64,000 bases of DNA from Cenococcum geophilum. Taxonomy: Eukaryota. Both the position numbers and the translations under genes were made by a program. The notes under the pieces were generated by a model. It was not told the DNA's origin. It was given only the letters and a program-made list of their open reading frames with translations, and made no database searches. Shown here one piece after another: positions 10,986-24,518 of this stretch (the stretch's first letter is position 1; the number at the start of each line of letters is the position of its first letter). The DNA lies in contig CP158635.1 of assembly GCA_050273025.1 (NCBI GenBank), forward strand, positions 13,702,001 to 13,766,000, read 5' to 3'.

Positions 10986-13900
10986 TCCATCTTAATTCCC
11001 ATCTGCCTATTAGTCAAATGACTCCACCAACGTCGAGTTTGTTTACCACAATCATCCTTAATAAGCTAGAAGACTGGGAGTAATGGATCTAGCAACTATA
11101 AGCCCTTATAGACAAACGAATTTAGGCCCATGTTAACCCAGATAAGAAAGCACCTCAATAAGGCCTACTATAAGAACTACCCTATCCAGAAGTTATAGAT
11201 TTCAATAAGAATGTAACCTTATATGCATAGCTCTCAACGAATTAATAGAGGGCGTACGAGAACAGCAGACAATACTACGACTAGGATATAAAGTATTTCC
11301 TAAAACAAGAAGAGCACCTTTAAAAGATTCGCACCTAAATTACGTCCACAGTATTAATTTAGAAGAAGCTACTACTTAACCCTTCTCTTACAGTTAAGGA
11401 ATGGATATCTCGGTTAAAGGAGAATACAGAACCTACTTTATTATTTGTTAGAAAAAAGATACAACACCAGTACACGGAAGCTCTTAAGGGGTTTAAACAC
11501 TTATTAAAATTAAATTAGTAGTTAGATTAATAGGAACATATAATAGTACTAGGAGAGAAGTATAAGATCCCTTAAATATCTAATGGAATCTGGCTACAAG
11601 AATTAGCAGAGGTCGTTTAACCCTTTAGTAACGCCTACTATATAAAGTATATTACCAAGTTAAATAACCCTTAGAAGTTGAGATCTTCTAAATACTATAG
11701 AGTAGCAAAGGAGCTATAAGAAGGACTTAGAATACCCTTAAAAAAAGCCAATACTACTATAAGAGGGAGTACCTTTAATATAGACTTTACAGAGCAAGCT
11801 ATAATGGATTACTCTAATACTACTAAAGGTCTAGGGAAAAGAACCTTAGCATATACTAGACGCTTAAAGAGAGCCAGGTTACTAGTAGACGAGGAGATAT
11901 CCTATAAGAAGCTACTACCTGTGTGCTTAGCGTATAAGAAATAAGGACATTCCCTATAGGACTATTAGTATTTATTTAAAGATAAGAGACCCAAAGGAGT
12001 TATAATCGGAGATGCTCGCATTAAAAGGATACTAAAGAAGGTAGAAAAGAATAAGGATCTCACTAACTAAGTTATAAAGATTAGACTTAAAGAATAGGAA
12101 GATAAGGCTTAATAACAACAGGATAAGAGCAAGGAAGTTAAGATTAAGGAAGAAGCTAATGCGATATTCCTAGAATTGTATTATATAGGTTAAATCTATC
12201 CACTAAAGCTATTAACTATTCTTAACTTAGGAACCACTCTCTATATCTTTAATAACCTCTCTTGTTTTTATAACTTTAGGAAAGCTTTAAAACTTAAATA
12301 CATTATTACTGGCAGCTTAGAAGTGCCTATACTAGGCTACGGTAATATTACTATCTAAGTTACAAAACTAGACAAGAGTAAGGGAATCCTATACCTTAAG
12401 GACGTTGCCTTTTATACGGACTTCAATATAAATCTAGTATTGTTCCATCTACTTCAAAAATAAAAGTACTACTAGGACAATAAAAGAGAGAATAATCTTC
12501 TAGTTTAGAAGGATAACTCAGTCCTATATTAAATAGAAAAACGTTATAGATAACAGACTATTAAATATATCCGATTAGGAAGTCTATTAGCGTTTAATAT
12601 AAGCTAAATGCTACGCCAAAGGAAGCGCAGAGCATCGTTAAGAGACGCTTGTCTAGATTTAAAAGGAGATATACGTCTATAGCATTTGCGTCTAGGTTAT
12701 CCAGGACCTATAAGCCTTTATTATTTAGGTCTTAACGTCTTAGGAGTTAAGCTTTAAGGCCTAAAGACAATAGAATGTTAATATTACAGTCTCGCTAAAA
12801 TTAAGCATTAGGTCTTAAGAAGGTTCTTAAAATAGAAGATTAATAAACCCTATCTTAACCTTTATATTAACTGGACTAACCTTAAGGAAGCGCATACCGG
12901 ATTTGTACGAGTTATACTTATCTATAACACCTACTTAGGAAGATCCTTCCCGTATTTTATAACGACGCATAGTAAAGAAAAGGAGACACTATAAGTGCTT
13001 AAAGATTTTATCTAGTGGATTCGTCTAAGGTATAACCTTAAGGTTAACACTATTAGATTAGACAACAAGCTAGGGAGAAGAAGAACCCTTAAATAGCTAC
13101 GGACTTAAGGGATTACATTTAAGCCTTCGGCGCCATATACCTAAGCTTAAAACGGTACCGCCGAACGCTTAGGGGGTGTAATTATTAAGAGAGCACGAGT
13201 AATAAGAATTACTACTAATCTACTACATAATCTATAGAACGAGATAGTTAACTGTGTAGTCTACCTTCGAGATCGAACGCCACGGGAAAGCAATAGATGG
13301 AAATCGCTATATAAGAGGTTCTATACCTTCCTAGCTAATAGGAGACTAAGAAAACCACAACTAGCGTACCTAAAAGCCTACGGCTATAGGGCGTACGCGA
13401 TAATATCAGACGCCTAGCTAAAAAAGAAAAGGCTAAGCAAGCTAGATCCGCGAGCCTATATTAGCTATCTTATTAGCTATAACTCTACTAATATCTATAG
13501 GATCTGGATCCTATATAAGGGTATCGTTATCTCTATAAGGGACGCCATCTTTAACAAAAAGACGTTCTTTAATGGTAAGTAAACGGACATTTTAAAGGAC
13601 CTATACGCTAAATTAGATATATTAATTAAGAATATTTAACTACCTAATACCTAAACTAAGAACGAGGTCCTTCTGGAAGATGATAAAGAAGTATTTAAAC
13701 CGTCAATTTAAGAGGAAGACGACAATGTTGATAAGCTAGTTTAAGCCTTTAATAAGTTAGCAGATCTTAAGCTTGCAAGAGCTCTTAGAGATATATACTA
13801 TACACCACCTCTAACAGAAGAAGACGAAGAATCTCTATATGCCTTTTACGTTGAGTATCCTATAAAGTTAGATATATAAGGTACTAATTAAGACGTCGCT

Positions 13901-15160
13901 TATTAAGCAGGAGATGCGTTTAACACTTAGGGGGTGTCCAATAACTTAGTTAAAGACTCGTTTAAGGAAGCTAGTAATAATAGGTTTAAAGACTTTATTA
14001 CTAAAAGGATCACGTCAGCCTATTACGGCGCCTTCTTAGCAGGAAGGAAGTTTAACCTTAATAGTTAACTTAATAATAGCAAGCTGAAATTAGGCAGAAT
14101 ACGCAATGTTAGATTACATAGGAAGAACCTACCTCCGCTACCCTAGTTAATCCGGGACCTTAATACGCATCCTCTTTAAGATCAGTTTTAAGAAGCTTAA
14201 CGAGCCTATCTCCAATCTCATTATTAAATAAGGTCATTTTAAGAAATAGATAAAAAGCACGCAAAGGGATAGTAGGTCCTTAGCTTAATATAGGTATTCG
14301 TCTACAAGACGGACAAGTATAGATTTCTCCAGAAATATAAGGCACGCTTAGTAGTCTACGGAAATTAATAGGCCCCAGGAGACCTACCTATAAGAGCCAC
14401 TATATTAGCTAGTACGACCTTCCGAACCCTTATAGCGATCACTATAAAATTCAACCTAGAGACGACACAGATAAATACTATTAATGCGTTTGTCTATTGC
14501 GATCTTAACAAAGTTATTTATATAAAGCTACCGCTAGGGTTTAATAAAGGAAAGACAAACAAAGTACTGCGCTTAAGAAAAGCCCTATACGGACTACGAC
14601 GATCACTACTGTTATAGCAAAAGAATCTCACGAGCTTATTAAACGAATTGGGTTTTAAAGAAGTACCCTAAGAGCCGTATATCATGCTAAAAGGTAGAAT
14701 AGTTATCTTCTTCTACTTTAATAATATTATCTTCTACTACCGAAAGATAGATAAGAAGAAAGCTTAAGAAGTAATTAAGGAGCTGAGTAAGGAATACCAG
14801 ATAAGTACCCTTAGCGAGCTAAAATAGTTCTTAGGAATCTATATGCTACGTAATCGTAGCTAGAGGCTCCTATAGCTATCCCAAAAAGCCTATATTAAGA
14901 AAATAGCTAACTAGTATAAGATAGATCTCAGAGGGCGTCTTTTAAATACTCCTATGGCAGAATCGGAACTCCTCCCTACTAATCACTATATAATCCGTCC
15001 AACGCGTCCGTCCACCAATATAGACCTATTAGTCCGTCCTATATCCCTACCAGCTTCTACAATACTATATTAGAGAAAACTAGGTTTAGTACTCTATATA
15101 GCCACTATAACGCGTCCGGATATTGCCTTTGCAGTATTACGGCTAGTAAGGTTTAATTAG

Positions 15161-16175
15161 TAGTTCTTTAATTAACGTCTAATACGGATCCTATCTTGGC
15201 CCACGCAGACTACTCCGTCACAGGGGGGAAAACTTATAATTTACATAAAGAAAACCCTGCAGTTGGGGGAGGAAAAACCCTATAAGCAGCCTCAGTAGGA
15301 TAAAAAACCCCAATTTGCCATGTTTGCACGTAGCAGCGGCCCTACGGGCCTATTACACGTCCTCCTCCTTAGATGTTTTAAACTTCTTAGGAACCACTGC
15401 TTCCTTCTCTAGCTTATTAAAGCTAGGGTTTACTACGTCCCAGCTAGGCCTTGCTAATCGATTACTATGTCTTATTATCTCTTTATGTCCTATATCTTGC
15501 CCATCCCCTATATACTATCTCTTATATAGACCACTGCCATATATGCCTTGCCTCCCCCCCCCTAGAGTTATTAAAGGCGTAAGGGGGATTCATCCATTCT
15601 AACTACCGTAATACTAATAAGCGAGCGGGATATTGTGTATTTGGGTATCTTTTATGCCTAGGCCCCAGCTAGGCCCTCTCTAAGGGTTACTACTCCGTTG
15701 AAAGGAGATAGGGAAAACCGTAGGTCGCAATCCAAGCTGCTAGGTAGTATTTGGTAGTTAAAAACGGCGAGTAACTACATACTCCGCGGGCGACTGCCCT
15801 AGGGGTTAAGAGGGGCCGTATATTTGCTCGTTTGTTCGTTCGCTCGTATACTTGTTCGTCCGTCAATATAAGGTCGTTAATGCTTTCCATTAGGGGCTAG
15901 GGGATGCTTTTAAAAGCTGTTTATCCACGTTGGATTATATAGGTGCTTAGTAGGAGAACTAGTGGCTGTATTGTAAAGGGGTACCGTTAGTAGTGGTTTT
16001 CGAGATCTTACCATCCCATATAAAAACTTTTCACTACGCCCCACGACGCATATAACCACCAGGTCCTACTTACACGCGCTATACAACGTCTCTACGTTGG
16101 CTCTGGGTCTGAACTTCAAAGACCTAGGTTTGTAGCTGTCACCACGTACAGGTGCAGAATCCGTTTTCGACGGCC
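15161..16175 (-). mobile_element. ribozyme-headed SINE/SIDE-like retroposon, copy 2, inserted in C1 pol
   Basis: 16-bp TSD AGTAAGGTTTAATTAG at 15145-15160 and 16176-16191. Full-length reverse-complement homolog of 4031-5056. Confidence 0.9.
16090..16175 (-). ncRNA. HDV-like ribozyme, second copy (lightly mutated)
   Basis: GGCCGUC...UUCUGC ACC UGUACGU GGU GACAGCU AC...CCAAC GUAGAG. P2 changes keep pairing as G.U. One G>A mismatch in P1. Confidence 0.75.
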
Positions 16176-19072
16176 AGTAAGGTTTAATTAGGACCCAAGC
16201 TAAGAGCACTAACGAGCGGTAGATAGAGTTATCTAGTACCTATATAGTATAAGGAGCAGAGCAATCTACTATAGAGGAGATAAGGAACAAATAAACGGTA
16301 GAGGGAGAGATAAAGGAATACGTGACCAAGGACGAGACGACGGAGACGGTAGAAGTAAAGCGCAATTATTTATCTATGCTAGTAACGCATTATTTACAGA
16401 CAACTCCGTTAATAGAAAGAGCTTATAAGGATACATTATAAAGCTATTTAGGGGGCCGATCGCCTGGAGAGCAAATAAGTAGGATATAGTTATAACGTCG
16501 AGCACAGAAGCTAAGCTGTTAGCCCTATTACAGACAGCAAAGGAAGCTATCTTTATTAGTAGGCTGTTTAAAGTAATAATGTTATAACTAAATAAGCCCT
16601 TAATTATTAACTGCAATAACACCTAGACACTCTAACTAATTATAGAAGATACGGTAAAGCTAATTACGAAGCTCCAATACGTTAACATCTATTAATACTA
16701 GCTACGTTAGGAATACGCAAAGAGACGAGTACGATTTTAATAGATAGCGACAAAGGAGATGATTGCTAATGGACTTACGAAGGCCCTGCCTAAGTAGAGG
16801 TTTTAAAGCTTCATTAATATAATCGGGATAGTGGATATTAAGGAGCGGCTAAATAAGGAGAAGCAACTAAAGGACCTAAGGAAGAATATTAGAGCGAGAC
16901 GGAAGGATTTAGATAAGATTATGGTTTAATTAACGCATTAACGGACACAAGAAGGTGGTTAGCTTTAACCTTAAAAAGCTTAAAGCTAAGGGGGTGTATC
17001 AGATAATCTGTATTCTCTATGGCGTAAGATATGCACGAGTTACGTACACGGGGCCCGTGCTTTATAAATATCTTCATCTAAGCCCAGGGGCCCTAGGTCA
17101 ACACACGATAAAGATTAATCAATTAATTAACCCATTTTATCAATGAATAGCTCTATATAAGTTATCTAACACCTTCCGTCAGTTTATCAAAACCCCCCTA
17201 CTAGGAATGCAAAAACTCCTTATCTAAAAAGGTATTATTATAAATAGCCTTATATATAATACAAAACTCTATAACTATAGACTCCGCCTAAAATAATACT
17301 ATTGCTATATATAATAGGAACATACCTAATCTATATACGCAGTATAGGTGTGCTGCGGCCATTATATAGGCCCCTATAATACGAGACGCTGCTTAAATTA
17401 AGACTAAATAAAATATGTAAACTGTTACCGAAGCATATATAAGGCGTAAGAGAGAGAAAACTGCATTAAATATAGGAGATAAAAGGTAAGGGCTTAACAG
17501 CTACGGGAATAACTATATACTAGGTTATATAAATAAAAACAATAGGCAATAAGCTAAGGGGACGTAGGTGCCTTTTTAGCGTTTCCTACCTTTAATATTA
17601 GGGGGCTAGGCTAGCTATCCTAAGCCTTAATAGGCTAGAAGTGACGCCGCGTGATATTACTAGACTAAATAGGGATATAAGGTTTATAGGGGATATAAGG
17701 GAGAGGACGCCTTATAGGAAGACCCTTATAAACAGCTATAGCAAGCTTAAAACCAGGACAATTAAGAATTAGACTTAACGCGGCAAATATAATATTTATA
17801 GCTAACTTATAAAGGGTATATATCTAACTAGTAAGAATAGGGAAAGAACTAAAGGTAATAATAGATTTAGATATAGAAGTGCTGGTAGAAATACAAGATA
17901 TAGGAATAAAAAGCTCTATATAAAATAAGTAGTAACTAGGGTATAGATATAAGAGATAGAAGTTCTAAATATTCTAAAGAAAGTAGAAATAGAAGAGGCG
18001 AAGGACCCTCACTAGGGGTCCGCCACCTATTTATTATATAGTATAACTGCGGTAATATAAACCACTATCTTATAAGGCCCCTACTAGATAGTATAGACCT
18101 AGAGAAACACTATATCCTTACTATATAAGAGCCGTATTATAATACCTATATATAATTAATATACTGCCCCTAAGGATTCCAGCTCCTATATAAACTAAAA
18201 GTAGCTATACGCGTATGCTTTATAATTAGTAAGGCTATTAGCCTAACCTTATAGTTATAGTAGGCAGTTATAATAATCTAGATATATAGGGGACCGGTAT
18301 AAATTATTAATATATATAACCCTAGGGTTAAAGGGGTCCTATAAACAGAGAATATTATATTAATAATAAGCTTACTGGAAACTAAAGGTATAGAGTTTAT
18401 TCTATTAGAAGATATAAACCTCTACTACCTGTAGTAGGGGGGTATTTATATTACTGCTAATTATTAGGTAAAGTGCCTACTAAGAGCTATAAATATCTAA
18501 GGCCTTAAGCTAGCCACCCCCTTAGGAGTAATTATATGGTAATAAGGCACCGCTAGAAATATAATTAACCTCATATTTATAGATGAAGGCCTATACTAGA
18601 GACTTAAAAGGTATAACCCTAAAGAAAAATAAGCACTCGCTTTAGACTATATCCCTATTTAGATATAGCTAGATTTAGATATTAAGGCGTAACTAAATAG
18701 CAAAAGATATGTAATAAGAAAGCTTAAAATAGATAGCTTCCTTACTATAGTTAAATAACAACTTTAAACCCTAGAAGAAATCCACCCAATACTAAACAAG
18801 CGAGGCTTATTAGCTACCCCTAAGGAAACCAACTAAAGACTAGAAAAGATTTAGGCAGCAATTAAAAATAGGCTAAAAGAGTACTGCCTAGTCTTATAAC
18901 TAGGCCCCTATACGTAATATATATGGTCCGCATAATGCGCGGTTTTTATTACTAGCTAATAATAAGTAAAAAGGAAATATATAAGTAGCTATAACCCTAA
19001 AAATAAGAGATAATACAAAAATATAAGAAACTAGTTAAAGAATACCCTAAAAAAAGAAGTAAGGAATAACTA

Positions 19073-19499
19073 ACGTAATCTATAAGCCAGTAGTACCAAC
19101 GAGCGAGTGGTACCACTCTAAAAACTTACTAAAACCCCCAAAAATCGTTCTTTTAATATCTTAACAACGGCTTAATAATAAATTTAAAAATTTAAAATTA
19201 GACTCTTCCGCCTATTTTAAGACCTTTATTGAAGTTTTAAAGTAGTTTAATAAGTAATTCTTAAGATATAATAATTAGGCTTAAATTTAAAGGCTAAATC
19301 TTAATATACTAATAATGGCTAAACTAATTACTTTAAAACTTTAATAGAGGTCTTAAAATAGGTAAAAGAGTCTAATTTTGAATTTTTATAATTTATTATT
19401 AAGCCGTTATTAAGATATTAAAGAACAATTTTTGGGTTTTTTAGTAAGGTTTTAAGTAGTACCACTTGCTTATTGGTACCACTGGCTTATAGATTACGT
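19073..19499. mobile_element. pogo/Fot1-type foldback MITE (427 bp)
   Basis: ACGTAATC...GATTACGT termini with TA TSD. Inverted arms of about 175 bp cover most of the element. Confidence 0.9.
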
Positions 19500-19612
19500 T
19501 AAAGACAGTTTATAAATAAGCACACTTTTAACCCGAGCCTCCCCTATAATAAGGGCCTTTAGGCTATAGCAAAATATGTAAAGAAAAAGGTAGGGCGCCT
19601 AGTAGAAGATTT

Positions 19613-21719
19613 TTTTAATCCATTATATTATACTAAGTACAATACTGCGCATGCAGCCTTGGGCTATAGCGCTATAGTTCTATATACATAAATCCTTTCT
19701 AGGCAGCTTAATATATACTAGTAGCTATGTCCTAGTAGTTTATAAACCCCTAAATTAGGAGTTTATAGTTTCCTAGTAAAATACTAAGATACTATAACTA
19801 CTAGGAAATGAGAAAATGGTAAGAAAAACTATAAGAAATCCTAACCCCTGTCCCTATCCTTTTGTAATTTATTTTTATCCTTTTGCTCTCTAATATCTTT
19901 TTAAGAGCCTAGTAGGAGTTACCTCCTTCTAGAATCCTATCTGTTTTTATTCTTCCATAGATTCTTCTTTACATACTAGTTTAGCAGCTTTAAGAGTCTC
20001 GCAGTCTTTACTATTAGCAAAGTGTTTTTCTTTATAATTAATGCAAAGAGGGGTGGTATGCTAGCAAGGCTTGCCTATTATTATACAGGTAGAACAGGAA
20101 TAGTCTTTAGATAAATATACAGCCGCATAGTATTTATAGGCCCTAGTAGAGCACCTATCTCCTATATGGCCAAATTTTTGGCAGCTCGTATACTGCGTAG
20201 TAGGAGAGACTTTGAGGTATTTTACTACCTTAGTAGCTGTACCTGCAATTAATATCTCTTTTTGCTTAAGGATTTCTTGTCTTTTTTCTTCGTTCTTTAT
20301 AGTAAAAACTATAGAGCCAAATCTGGTCTATAGATTGTGTCTTTTTATACTAGATAAGATCTATTTAGGTAGTCCTTGTATCCTTATAGGATTAAAGGTC
20401 TCGATTTTTTCTTTTAGAAGCTTAGAGCCTCCTTCTCCTAAGAAAGGTAGGGTAGGAACCCTATGGGCTATAATTTAAGCCCAAGGTTCTAGTTTTTGTT
20501 CTCTTTAAAAGGTAAAGCAGTTATGCCAGATTTCTTTATATTTAACTAGGAAATCCGCATTATACTCTTCTATAGTTATAAGGAGAATATTTTATTTTCC
20601 TTTAGTTCTAGCTATGGGTGCTAAAACAGGTTTTTCTACTTGCAGTTTTAATGTAAATAGTTGATTGACTTTATTTCGTATAGAGAAGGTATCTAAAGGT
20701 TAGTTCCTTTGGTTTGTAATTAGGACTAGCTTTCTTTCTTATAGCTGCTTTTTCTTACTTTTAGTAGAAGTAAAAGGAGTAGGAAATGGTAATAAGGAAG
20801 GTAGAGAGGACAAAGTAGGGAGGCCCTTCTTTAGCCTCTCTGCGTAGGTTTCTTTAGTAGGGGCTACCTCCTTATAGAGAGCTCTTACTTCTTTAACTAG
20901 TCCTTTTAGAACATCGTTTGTCTTTTTTTTTTCCTTTTATAAAGGGGTTTTCTCCTACTAGGACACTATGTGTATAGTCCTCTAGCTGTTTAACTTATTC
21001 CTTTTTATTTATTTTTTCTTCTTCTTCTTCTTCTTCTAGCCCTTTATAGGCCTGGGTTAGGCTATCTAAAGCCTTTTATAGGTGTTGTTCTGGAGAAAGG
21101 GGAGTGAAAGATATACTATGTATACCAGCCGTAAAAGTCCTTATTTTAGTTGTCTTTTTTATAGGTTTTTAGTTTTCTTTTTTAGTAGAAGACTAAGGAT
21201 GTCCTCTTTTTTCTCCTGTCCTAAATAGGCTAGGGGAAGGAGAAGGGGTAAAAAAAGTGAGTGTAGATATAGACTTATTATCACTTATTTCTATAGGAGG
21301 TTTTTTTTTAGGCCTACCGGGCCTTGGCATTTTGTGTCTTATAAGGGGGTTTTCCTAGTTTTTACTATCCTTATACCCTTTTCTCCTTACTAATTCTACT
21401 AGAAGATTTCTGGGGAGATTAGGCTAAGAGGTAGTAGAGAAACTAGCCCCTATTTTGTAGTTTTAGTATTAGTAGTAGTGGTAGTAGGTTTAGTGTTCCT
21501 GTCCGTGCCTCGCTTATAAGCTAGGGCCACCCTTAGAGAAAATTTTCTATTGGGAAAAGGGGGTAAACCGATAAATAAATCCACCTCTAGCTCGCTAGGC
21601 AGTAGGAATTAGGTCTTGAAAGTTAGAAAATCGATTGTTTTTGATGGTAAGATGGGTATGCGTAAGTTTTGGAGTGTGGCGCTACCTTTTGGTAAGGTTA
21701 TATGTGTGGTAAAGGTTTT
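19613..21719 (-). mobile_element. ORF1-only non-LTR element (HAL1-like), copy 1
   Basis: TSD TAGAAGATTT at 19603-19612 and 21720-21729. A-tail seen as a T run at the left end. Single gag-like ORF 21330->19947 with Cys/His knuckles. Homolog at 60298-62441. Confidence 0.85.
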
Positions 21720-24518
21720 TAGAAGATTTATACCTACTATCACTACAAAGAGCAGGGGAATTATAGGCCACTAATAACAATAATAAGAAGGCAAAGATCT
21801 TTATAAAAAGGTTCTTCCTCTAACCGGCTTTAGTAGACCTTAGTAACATTACGAGGGAAATACTAGTAACTCGCTTACGGGTTAACAGCAATATAATAAT
21901 AGAGGAAATAGCTAAAACTATTAGCCGCCTTTTAAATAATATAGCACTAAAACTAAATAGGATTTTAAATAAGACCTTAAAGACCTATAGACTATTTATA
22001 GCACCTTAACTTATAGATATAGCTAGAGCATACTTTACTATAGGCTACTACTTATAACTTGGAAGATCTATAACAATAGTTATCCTATAAAAAGAAGGTA
22101 AAGCAGATTACTTAATCCCAGGAAGTTACCGCCCTATTACCTTAGAAAACACCCTTAATAAGATCTTAGAAAGAATAATAGTAGTCTATATAGTAGATAT
22201 AGCTAAGGAATACGCCCTACTACTATAAAGCTAAATAGGGGTAAGAAAGAACCGCTGAACACTATTAGCACTTACGCTACTTGCTGCCACTATTAAATCT
22301 ACATAGGCGATGCAAAGGGACTTTATAGTATTAATGCTTAGCCCAGATATTAGTAGTGCTTATAATAACGTACCCTATAAGCGTCTCCTATATATTCTTA
22401 GGGTAAAAGGCTTTCTAGAATAGATTATATAATTTATTTAAGGGTTTATAGGCTAAAGAGAAATATTACTGGTCTTTAGCGGATACTAGAGCCCCCCTAT
22501 TATAGTTATAACAGAAATACTATAAGGATTACCCCTCTGGCCTATACTCTTCCTTTTCTTTATAAGTAACCTGCTTAACTCCTTTAAGAAAGGGGCGACC
22601 TAGGGGATAGGCTTTATTAATAATATAAACCTAATTATATACGGGCTAATAGCTATAGAAAATTATAGAATACTATAGAAATCCTATAATACCTATATAG
22701 AATAGGCAAGACAATATAGAGTCTAATTCTTACTAGAGAAATACCAGCTAATCTATTTTATAAGAAAACGTAACCAATCTATAGATCTTTAGCATTTAAT
22801 TTATATCTAAGGCTTTAGGGGTTAACTAGTTTAGGGCCTAAGGGTATTAGGAGTATAGGTAGATAGTAAACTCTAATAGAGCGTATATACGGCGTAAGCG
22901 GCCTATAAGGGCTAAGCACAGTATATTATATTATTTAGGACCGTTAACTCTATATAGGGTCCTTACTTCTAGAGGTCACGCCTACTATATATAGTAGTTG
23001 TCCGGCTAACTATAATATATAGGTCTAGTATTTAGGCCATTAGAGAAACTAAGAAAGGCCCCCCTAAATCGCTCCTTAAACCACTTTAAAAGGTCTAAAT
23101 AGTCTACCTCTAAAGTATAATAAGTGGGTATAAGCAAACAGCTACAGCACTGCTTAGAAAGGAAGCTAATATTCCCCCCTATAACTATATATTAAAGCTA
23201 CTATAATATAAAGGGCGTAAAATAAACGTAACTCTAATATTATAAAGTATATTAAGATATGCCTAAATAAACTATAGAGGGATTTTAGGGTGCCCTATAG
23301 AAGAATAAACCAATAACCCTAAAATAAAAAAGATATATTAAAGAAATAGGTAAAGAAAGCAGAATAAGAATAGTGCTGCTTTAGGGCCTATGCCTATATA
23401 GAGAAAGAAGGGAGACGCGTAAGAGGCCAGTAAAGACGATAGTAAGAGAAAGAAAAGAGCTAAAGTAGAGTATAAAAGAACGCTAGGAAACTATCTACCA
23501 TAATATAATACTAGTTGGACTAACGCTAAAGAGGTAAATAGGAGTTAAAGGTATAGAGGCTAATTTAGGTAAGAGGAACCTAAGCCGTAATATAGTTAAT
23601 ACTATAGGGGGTAAATACTTAAGGGCTTTAAGAAGGCCTAATAAAGGCAAAAAATATAATAGCAACACTCTTAAAAATAAAAATAATAAGACTAAAAGAC
23701 TGGCTCTACGGGGTAGGCATTTTAGTAGGTAGCCTATAATACGAATATAGCTGGCCAATATAGACCCTAAAACACGTAATACTATTATACCCCTTATATA
23801 CTAACTAAAAAGTAATACTCTTAGTAGCTAGCATAGAGAACTATAATACACTACTCTTAATATAAAAAGGTCTTAAGGTGGTTACCTAGTAGCTTATTAG
23901 CTAAAATATGCTTAACTAGTTCTGGGTTATAAGGGAAATAGTAATAAAAGGTAAAGGGGCGAGGAATAGGCGCCTCCTAATAACTCTATAGTAGTAGAGT
24001 AAAGTTTATAATACTAGCGCGTTTATAGGCTTATTGTAGCAGCAGTGGTGTTTAAAAAGGTTAAAAAGTAAGGTAGTAGAGCACTATAGGTAACTCGTAA
24101 GCGCCGCGTAGGCGTTAAGTAGGCGAGTCCTAAAAGGCAGGGAGATAGATTATAAGGTTTTCTTAAGTAGAGTTTTCTCCCTATATATAAATAAGGAGTA
24201 ATCCGCGTGGGCCTAATAGGTATTTAAATTAGACTTTAAACAATAAATAATTATTAATTTATATAAAATTATATATGCCTAATTAATAGAATGTATATAA
24301 ATTAATAGGGTATAACTAAAGTAAATTTAAAAGTTTTATAGCCATTATAAAAGGGTGTAAGAAAGGTTAATATATAGGTAAAAAAAATACTTAAAATATA
24401 GACAAATTTAGAGTTATATTAAGCATATATATAAATTTAATTACAATAAGGTATATCTTTTAAAAAAAGTTTTCTATAAAGTCGTTTAATAATTATAAAT
24501 AGGTATTTATTATAAAGA

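Larger units (their letters stand above)
10553..17171 (+). mobile_element. Ty1/Copia retrotransposon C1, full length, RIP-inactivated
   Basis: 175-bp LTRs 10553-10727 and 16997-17171. GTTATAAGCCC PBS-like site, PPT before 16997, CCTT duplicated. Domains: gag knuckle ~11920, protease ILDSGTT ~12220, LWHLRLGH ~12680, integrase, RT (KARLV, ALYGLRRS), RNaseH (ADGLTK ~16770). Confidence 0.93.
10163..17198. mobile_element. MITE (~413 bp without the nested Copia) with GGGGGG-initiated TIRs
   Basis: TIR GGGGGGTTTTRATAAACTGACGGAAGGTATCTAA. The right TIR is split by the Copia (10533-10552 + 17172-17198). Flanks CACTA/TACTA, compared with the empty site in LINE B (~28753), indicate a 5-bp TSD. Confidence 0.8.
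9165..24250 (+). mobile_element. Tad1-like LINE copy A (ORF1 plus EN-RT ORF2), near full length, with three nested insertions
   Basis: ORF1 from ~9343 with CCHC knuckles at ~17300-17400. Endonuclease ~17760-18500. RT ~21900-22900 (KAxxPDGI, YRPIAL, GIPQGSPL, GFIDD). C-terminal Zn motif ~23580-23630. 3' tail AAACAATAAATAA. No clear TSD. Confidence 0.9.

Noticed and set aside
23495..23758. Recurrent hydrophobic ORF (also 58910-59113 and 63649-63852) resembling a membrane peptide
   Set aside because: It is the antisense shadow of the LINE ORF2 C-terminus; the Leu-rich composition follows from RIP, and recurrence reflects LINE copy number.
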